DNA of 64,000 bases, taken from Zootoca vivipara. Taxonomy: Eukaryota. Both the position numbers and the translations under genes were made by a program. Positions 56,403 through 64,000 of this stretch are shown piece after piece. The first letter of the stretch is position 1, and each line of letters opens with the position of its first letter. The notes beneath the pieces were generated by a model. That model ran no database searches and was not told the DNA's origin. It saw only the letters and a program-made list of their open reading frames with translations. The stretch spans positions 16,554,001-16,618,000 of the forward strand of contig NC_083281.1 in NCBI RefSeq assembly GCF_963506605.1, written 5' to 3'.

Positions 56403-58652
56403 TGCCAGTTCCTTCTCCAGGTGGATCAAGTTTAGTCAAAACTCTCCACTATGACCTGTCCATCTTGGGTGGCCCTGCATGGCATAGCTCATAGCTTCTC
56501 TGAGTTATTCAAGCCCCTTCGCCACGACAAGGCATGAAGTGCCAGCTTCTTATAGCAAAATTCCGGCTTAAACTGAAGAAAGTAGGAAAAACCACTGGGC
56601 CAGTAAGATACAATCTAAATCAAATACCTTATGAATACACAGTGGAAGTGGGGAACAGGTTTCAGGATTTATATTTGGTGGACAGAGTGCCTGAAGAACT
56701 ATGGATGGAGGCTCGTAACATTATACAGGAGGCAGCAACGAAAACCATCCCAAGGAAAAGGAAATGCAAGAAAGCAAAATGGCTGTCCAATGAGGCCTTA
56801 CAAATAGCGGAGGAGAGGAGGCAAGCAAAATGCAAGGGAGATAGGGAAAGATACAGGAAGCTGAATGCAGATTTCCAAAAAATAGCAAGGAGAGACAAGA
56901 GGGCCTTCTTAAACGAGCAATGCAAAGAAATAGAGGAAAACAATAGAATGGGGAAAACCAGAGATCTGTTCAAGAAAATTGGAGATATGAAAGGAACATT
57001 TCGTACAAAGATTACCATAATAAAGGACAAAAGTGGTAAGGACTTAACAGAAGCAGAAGACATCAAGAAGAGGTGGCAAAAATACACAGAGGAATTGTAC
57101 CAGAAAGATATGGAAGTCTCGTACATCCCAGGTAGTGTGGTTGCTGACTTTGAGCCAGACATCTTGGAGAGTGAAGTCAAATGGGCCTTAGAAAGCACTG
57201 CTAATAACAAGGCCAGTGGAAGTGATGATATTCCAGCTGAACTATTTAAAATTTTAAAAGATGGTGCTGTTAAGGTGCTACACCCAATATGCCAGCAAGT
57301 TTGGAAAACTCAGCAATGGCCAGAGGATTGGAGAAGATTAGTCTACATCCCAATCCCAAAGAAGGGCAGTGCCAAAGAATGCTCCAACTACCGCACAATT
57401 GCCCTCATTTCACACGCTACAAGGCAGGCTTAGGCAGTATGTGGCCCAAGAACTCCCAGAAGCGCAAGCTGGATTTCGAAGGGGCAGAGGAACCAGGGAC
57501 CAAATAGCAAACATGCGCTGGATTATGGAGAAAGCTAGAGAGTTCCAGAAAAAGTCTACTTCTGCTTCATTGACTCTGCAAAAGCCTTTGACTGTGTCGA
57601 CCACAGCAAACTATGGCAAGTTCTTAAAGAAATGGGAGTGCCTGATCACCTCATCTGTCTCCTGAGAAATCTCTATGTGGGACAAGAAGCTACAGTTAGA
57701 ACTGGATATGGAACAACTGATTGGTTCAAAATTGGGAAAGGAGTACGACAAGGTTGTATATTGTCTCCCTGCTTATTTAACTTATAAGCAGAATTCATCA
57801 TGCGAAAGGCTGGACTAGATGAATCCCAAGCCGGAATTAAGATTGCCGGAAGAAATATCAACAACCTCAGATATGCAGATGACACAACCTTGATGGCAGA
57901 AAGTGAGGAGGAATTAAAGAACCTTTTAATGAGGGTGAAAGAGGAGAGCATAAAATATGGTCTGAAGCTCAGCATCAAAAAAAAACCAAGATCATGGCCA
58001 CTGGTCCCATCACCTCCTGGCAAATAGAAGGGGAAGAAATGGAGGCAGTGAGAGATTTTACTTTCTTGGGCTCCTTGATCACTGCAGATGGTGACAGCAG
58101 TCACAAAATTAAAAGACGCTTGCTTTTTTGGAGAAAAGCAATGACAAACCTAGACAACATCTTAAAAAGCAGAGACATTACCTTGCCGACAAAGGTCCGT
58201 ATAGTTAAAGCTATGGTTTTCCCAGTAGTGATGTATGGAAGTGAGAGCTGGACCATAAAGAAGGCTGATCGCCGAAGAATTGATGCTTTTGAATTATGGT
58301 GCTGGAGGAGACTCTTGAGAGTCCCATGGACTGCAAGAAGATCAAACCTATCCATTCTTAAGGAAATCAGCCCTGAGCGCTCACTGGAAGGACAGATCGT
58401 GAAGCTGAGGCTCCAATACTTTGGCCACCTCATGAGAAGAGAAGACTCCCTGGAAAAGACCCTGATGTTGGGAAAGATTGAGGGCACTAGGAGAAGGGGA
58501 CGACAGAGGACGAGATGGTTGGACAGTGCTCTCGAAGCTACGAACATGAGTTTGACCAAACTGCGGGAGGCAGTGGAAGACAGGAGTGCCTGGCGTGCTA
58601 TGGTCCATGGGGTCACGAAGAGTCGGACACGACTAAACGACTAAACAACAAC
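56403..58652 (+). mobile_element. BovB (RTE) LINE, 5'-truncated, frameshifted, with a short probably inverted 5' segment
   Basis: ORF pieces 56534-57433, 57369-57665, 57800-58027 and 57994-58644 carry RTE RT motifs; (AAC)n tail. Confidence 0.92.
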
Positions 58653-58654
58653 AT

Positions 58655-59080
58655 GACCACCACATATGATAAAATTCACCATCTTTAACTTTACATTTCC
58701 AGCAAACTTTACTACTCGTTCTATATAATAATAATTTATTATAATTTATTATTTATACCCCGCCCATCTGGCTGGGTTTCCCCAGCCACTCTTGGCGGCT
58801 TCCAACCGAATATTAAAACAGAACAGCATTACTGTTCTATACATTTTTGCTAGTTTAACTGGTTTCAAGTACCATCTATACATCATTTTCATTACATTTT
58901 CCTTCAAAGCGGTACATGCTGTAAACTTCAATGTTTCATTCCACAATTTCAACCACGCATCATATTCAATATTGTACCCAAAATCTTTTGCCCACTTTAT
59001 CATCACATCTTTTGTCAACTCATCTTTCGTATACCATTCTAACAAAAAATTATACATCTTTGACAACAATTCAGTTCTGG
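58655..59080 (-). mobile_element. L1 ORF2 C-terminal fragment, interrupted by an L2-type 3' end (~58727-58830)
   Basis: ENVMKMMYRWYLKPVKL...CWKC...YHMWW. The insert TTTATACCCCGCCCATCTGGCTGGG is flanked by TACT(C)GTTCTATA. Confidence 0.75.
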
Positions 59081-59083
59081 AAA

Positions 59084-60960
59084 TGAATCAATCAATCAAA
59101 TTTTATTCGACCGTCAGTCAGAAATGAGCATCTATCCATACAAAAATTAAAACATTTAAACATCTAAAAGAACTTAAACTTAAACCGACAATAAGAAACA
59201 GACTATACAATTAGACCCATGTCATTGCTGTCAATTTTGACTTTACGGCGCTTATGGGCCAGAAAAAGAAATTTGGCCACCAAGGAGGCAGTTGGTCCAG
59301 TAAACTTTTTCAACAGAAACAAAACTTGTCTTTCTCTGGCTACAGGGATAAATTGGCATAGGAGTGGAACTATGAGTTTTTGTCTAAGATCTGCATAGAA
59401 TGGGCAGATCAAAAGAATATGTTCAGTTGACTCAACCACTCCCAGGGCACAATGACAAGTTCTCTGGGCATATGGGACTCCCCTGTACCTTCCTAACAAT
59501 ACCTCCGATTCCAGGACATTTAACCTAGCAGCAGTGAGGAGTCTACAGTATTCTACATAGTGGATTTCCGCAAGATCAGGGGCTGGTGTAATCTGAAATA
59601 TCTGACCCCCCAAGAACATCCCAGGTTTCACAAGGGCAATGTTCTCTTGTCTAGTAATGTCACTCAGTCTTTGAGAGACCACAGCTCTCTGGTTTGACTA
59701 AATGTCATAGGCTCCAGGAAAAGATGTGACAATCCGCAGGCCTGCACTTGATTTATGACCTCCTTTTCCCATGATGATTGGACATCATCCCTCAATATCA
59801 AGGGGGCCATGCCCACCGGGTTGAAGCATAGCTTGAGCCATAGCCAGAGTTTTGCCTTCAAGGCCACATACCGGAATGCTTGCCAACCAACCTCTAATCT
59901 CATGACCGCCCCCGCTACAGAAGGGGGGATCCTCAGGATGCTCTAAGAAATCGTGATTGGATGGATTCCAATCTGAGATAATCTGAGATAATCCCTATGG
60001 GCACCCGGGGAAATGCTCACCAACAGGAGGGGAAGGACTTTCATTTGAAACAGTCTCAAGGCAAGTTTCACTGATTGAGCCTGGTTCTTAGCATATAGAT
60101 ATCTAATCATCATGGCTGCTTTAGATGCGTTTGTAGTTATACAATCTCTATGAGCCAGAAAGGACCTATTTGATCAAATTACTTGTCCCAGATATTTGAA
60201 ACAGTTAACCTGCTCTAATGTAGTACCATTCCTCGACCACGAGTGAAGTTTTGGTCAGGCAGAGAAGGCCATAATCTTGGTTTTAGCATAATTAGGTTGA
60301 AGCTCATGCTGTACACAGTATTCATGGAGTGCTTGTAGCATTCTCCGCAGCCCAATGTGAGATCTAGCTAGGAGTGCGGCATCATCCGCATACAGGAGAA
60401 CATTTAATAATCAACCAGCTATTTTAGGGGGGTGGTAAGCATTATTGCCCATGTGGGCCACCAGCGAATTAACGTAAAAATTAAACAGTGCTGGGGCCAA
60501 CAGGCAGCCCTGTCTTACTCCCCTAGAGGTGGCGACAGGGTTAGACACTAGACCAGGCATAGGCAACCTTTGGCTCCCAGATGTTTTGGAACTACAACTC
60601 CCATGATCCCTGACCACTGGCCCTGTTAGCTAGGGATCATGGGAGTCATAGTTCCAAAACATCTGGGAGCCAAAGGTTGCCTATGCCTGCACTAGACCAT
60701 TATTATCTAGCCTGATTCTCAGAAAGGTGTTTGCATGCAGATTAATGATCAGATGAGGAAGACGATGATCAATTGTTGTGGCAGCCAGTTTTGTCCATAG
60801 CTTTCCCCTAGAAATCCAGTCAAAGGCCTGTTTGAAGTCAATAAAGGCCACATGCAGAGCTTTGGGGGCTTTGCCTGCATACTTTTCAGCCAGGTGGTTC
60901 AATATTAATATTTGGTCCGTTGTAGATCCTCCGGGGCGAAACCCTGCCTGTTCATGGAAA
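59084..60960 (-). mobile_element. Degenerate non-LTR retrotransposon (RTEX-like) RT and CCHC region
   Basis: QAGFRPG, AFIDFKQAFD, GVRQGCLLAP, YADD, RTCHC...EHILLICP; (ATTG)n tail. Clade assignment tentative. Confidence 0.75.
60554..60689. mobile_element. hAT-Charlie-type MITE
   Basis: TIR CAGGCATAGGCAACCTTTGGCTCCCAGATGTTTTGG, TSD CACTAGAC. Confidence 0.9.
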
Positions 60961-61400
60961 TGAATATGACCTTGAAGAGAGCATCGACCAACCGACCCAA
61001 CCCCAGAAAGAGAAGCAGAAGATGTGACTTGAGATTAAAATGTTAGCACCTCTCCATTCAGAAGTTAGCCATTTGGAAATGAAAAGAAAAAGTGCACAAA
61101 AAAGTAACAAGAAAAGTTTGGAAATCAATCAGAAAGGAGGTGTCTTCTAGGAGACTCAGATGGTGGAACTTCTGGGATTCTGTCTCTATCATTGACTCCC
61201 TGGACTACCCTATTACTGCCACAGACACCCCTTTGCAGCCTCTTTCTCAGTTTCTCTCCTCCTAGTCTTACACCAGCAGAGACCCTGTCAAATGATAGGG
61301 ACTTCTGAGAAATGGGGTGAGAGAAGTGTGCTTGCCTCTGGGACTCCTTGAAGCTCCCTTGGTGGTGCTGGCAACTCCCTGTCACCACTATCTGTCCATC

Positions 61401-61473
61401 TGAACTTTGCTCTGGAAGGTCTTCTCTTGACCTGAAAGAAGATGTTGAGCAGAGAGTAAACAAGTTGCACAAC
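61401..61473 (+). promoter_or_regulatory. Same DR1/forkhead/C/EBP module, copy E
   Basis: TGAACTTTGCTCT, GTAAACA, GTTGCACAAC. Confidence 0.55.
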
Positions 61474-61598
61474 TTCAAGAAGCGGGTTCTTTCAAAGATA
61501 TGTAACAGGCTCAAGTCAGGCTGGGCAGGTATTTTCCCTTCCCAGCTGGTCAGCAATGCATTGCCTGTAGAGCTCCACAGGCTACCCACAACCTTCCC

Positions 61599-61892
61599 AT
61601 GGATCTCCTGACAGCAGCAGCCCTTTTCCTAGTCATCTGCCTCTCTTGCCTGATGGTCCTCTCAACATGGTGGCAGATGCACCGCAAAAGCCAGATGCCA
61701 CCTGGACCAACTCCCCTCCCCTTCATTGGGAACCTGCTCCAACTCAACACAAGTGATATCTACCGTTCACTCATGAAGGTAACTTTCTATAATGTGTCAG
61801 TTATCCACTCTCTGATTTGTTATTATCAAATCATTTTGTATAGTGCTGCTTAATGATGATCACTCCATTCAATCCGTCCACCCACCCTTCTG

Positions 61893-61924
<32 letters not shown>

Positions 61925-63800
61925 ATTCCTCATAACTCTCCTTCCACCACATTCTCCAACTTTTGATTCTCTCTCTGAAGTCTATGAGGTGTTGGGGAGA
62001 AGCAGTATACTTGGTGGGGGACACAGTGTGTTCCTTTTGGGTTGTTAATTCCCTCTCCCCTCCATGGCTCCGAGAAGCTGTCAGCATGCAACAGTGGCCA
62101 GACCCCAGAAAACAGCTGAAACTCACTGGCTGAAATAGGTGAAGGTATCCGGTGGGTTGCAAACCCTCAGTTAGTTAGGGAGGTGCCTAGTATGTGATGA
62201 TGGGCTGCAGAATACTGAGACCAACAGTGGGTCCAACAGTCAAGAAAGCAATTTCTGCATGCAGAGAGAAATGGGGGCCAGAAGGGGCTCATCAACCTGA
62301 GAAGGAAGACAATCTAGGAGAACTCTGATCCTAAACCTCCACTGCTTTGCGGTTACACTCATTCATGGGAAAGGAATAAACTCTGAGGGGGGGGGGAATC
62401 TGTACCCGCTGCCTTGTGATATATGTTTGGGGGATAAAGAGTAGACCATATGCAAATCCAGAGTGGAGTCCCTAAGGCGCTTGGATGATGTCTTGCTCGC
62501 CTCCTTCTGGCAACTCCTGCAGCCAAGCTGGTGCAAGTGTATTGCTTTGTTTCCCCTCGGACCACATCACTGAGGCTGAGAATAGGGTCTTGTCCAGGAA
62601 CCCCCTACACACTGCCCAGGCTTGCACCCCGGAAAGGTAACTTTGGTGCTGTAGATACAGATTTTCTCTCTTCATTATTCTGTTTCATGGAATTTGGGAA
62701 TGGAGGGAAGTGCCGATAGCTGATAGCCACAATGGATCTGCTTTGCCTCCGCAGTTGGAGGCAGCAATGCCTCTGCATCCCAGTTTCTGGAAACCACATG
62801 AGGGAAGAGCGCTCTTGCGTTCGGGTCCTGCTTGAAGGTTTCCCAGAAGGGGCATCTGGTTGGTCACTCTCAGAGCAGGATACTGGACTCTAGATGTGCT
62901 CCCTTTTAACCTGATCCAGCAGGCTCTCCTTGTGCTCTCTTTTCACAGATCCGTGAGAAATATGGTCCTGTCTACACCATCCACTTAGGGCCCCGCCGTG
63001 TTGTGGTCTTGTGTGGATACGATGCCGTGAAGGAGGCCCTGGTGGACCAGGCTGAAGAGTTTGGTGGCCGTGGAGAGATATCCATAATTAATTGGCTTTT
63101 CCGGGGTTATGGTCAGTTTCTTCTTCAGCAATTCTTGGCCAGAGCACATTATTACTGGTACTGGCATTTATATGGCACCTTTTAGCAAACCTAGCTCTGG
63201 AGAGTCTCAATGGTGGTTCTGTGTTGTAGAGTATTGTTATACCCATTTTCCTGAGGAGGGAAATGAGCCTGAGAGTCTCTCTCTCTCTATTAAAAAACCA
63301 CATATATCTTAGGGCAGGCATCCCCAAACTGCGCCCCACGTATGCTTAAGATGGCCCTGCCTACAACTCCAATGATCCCTAGTTAACAGGACCAGTAGTC
63401 AGGGATGATGGGAACTGTAGACCAAAACATTTGCGCGGCCGAAGTTTGGGAATGCCTGTCTTAGGATGTTCTCCCAAAAGCTGAATTCTGAACTTTAAAA
63501 CTGGACAAGATTTGAAAATGAAGACGTTTTCATCATTATTATTTGTTGGAGGTGGGGGGGAATCTCCATCATTGTGTGTTTTCAGCCACATTCCCACTGA
63601 GTGCACATTCTCCTATTCCTCCTTCCCATTACTCCTCATTTGCTTCTCAGGGGTTTTCTTGAGTAATGGGGAAAGGGCCAAACAGCTACGCCATTTCTCC
63701 ATCATGACGCTGAGGAATTTTGGGGTGGGAAAGAGATCCTTCGAAGAGCGGATCCTGGAGGAGACCCACTTCCTGCTGGAATCCCTGAGGGCAACAAAAA
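61599..63800 (+). CDS. Cytochrome P450 family 2 (CYP2A/2G-like), copy E, exons 1-3 (continues beyond window)
   Basis: Exons 61599-61778, 62949-63111, 63651-63800 with canonical sizes and splice sites; intron 3 runs off the window. Confidence 0.92.
63315..63458. mobile_element. hAT-Charlie-type MITE in copy E intron 2
   Basis: TIR CAGGCATCCCCAAACT, TSD TCTTAGGG/TCTTAGGA; empty site in copies A-D. Confidence 0.88.
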
Positions 63801-64000
63801 GTGAGCTCAGTTTTGGTATCTTCAAGAAATGCTGCTTAATGAGTTACAGAAATGTGGCATAATGGCTTACAAGTAATAGTAACTGTTGATGTTTAACTGA
63901 GAATTTAATGCTGAATCTTTGGGTTTAATTTTGATGATATTTCATGAGTTTTTACAGTAGCTATTAATTGTTGTTTTTATGTGTATACTCTTTTAATTAA

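Noticed and set aside
63651-63700. RR to RH change in helix C of copy E as a loss-of-function allele
   Set aside because: The heme-binding Arg (128) is retained; the change is at 129.

Overview
Eukaryotic (vertebrate) DNA, most likely a squamate and probably a lacertid lizard. This is inferred from the Sauria/Squam1-type SINEs, BovB, CR1, L2 and Penelope content. The window is a + strand tandem array of cytochrome P450 family 2 genes with CYP2A-type hallmarks. Four copies are complete (A 1107-8087, B 12000-21824, C 27820-32336, D 36797-49893): each has 9 exons with coding lengths 180/163/150/161/177/142/188/142/182 bp, GT-AG introns and 494 codons. A fifth copy (E, from 61599) is cut by the window end after exon 3. 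The paralogs are near-identical except at substrate-recognition sites, and they show a mosaic pattern consistent with gene conversion. Introns and spacers are packed with transposable elements, many with target-site duplications that can be checked against empty sites in sister copies. These include an intact ~8.4-kb L1 in sense orientation in intron 7 of copy D, a CR1 with intact ORF2, a Penelope element with a hammerhead motif, Copia and Gypsy remnants, four BovB copies, hAT and Tigger-like MITEs, and two related 1.25-1.5 kb non-coding L1-style retroposons. All calls were made by eye, without database searches.
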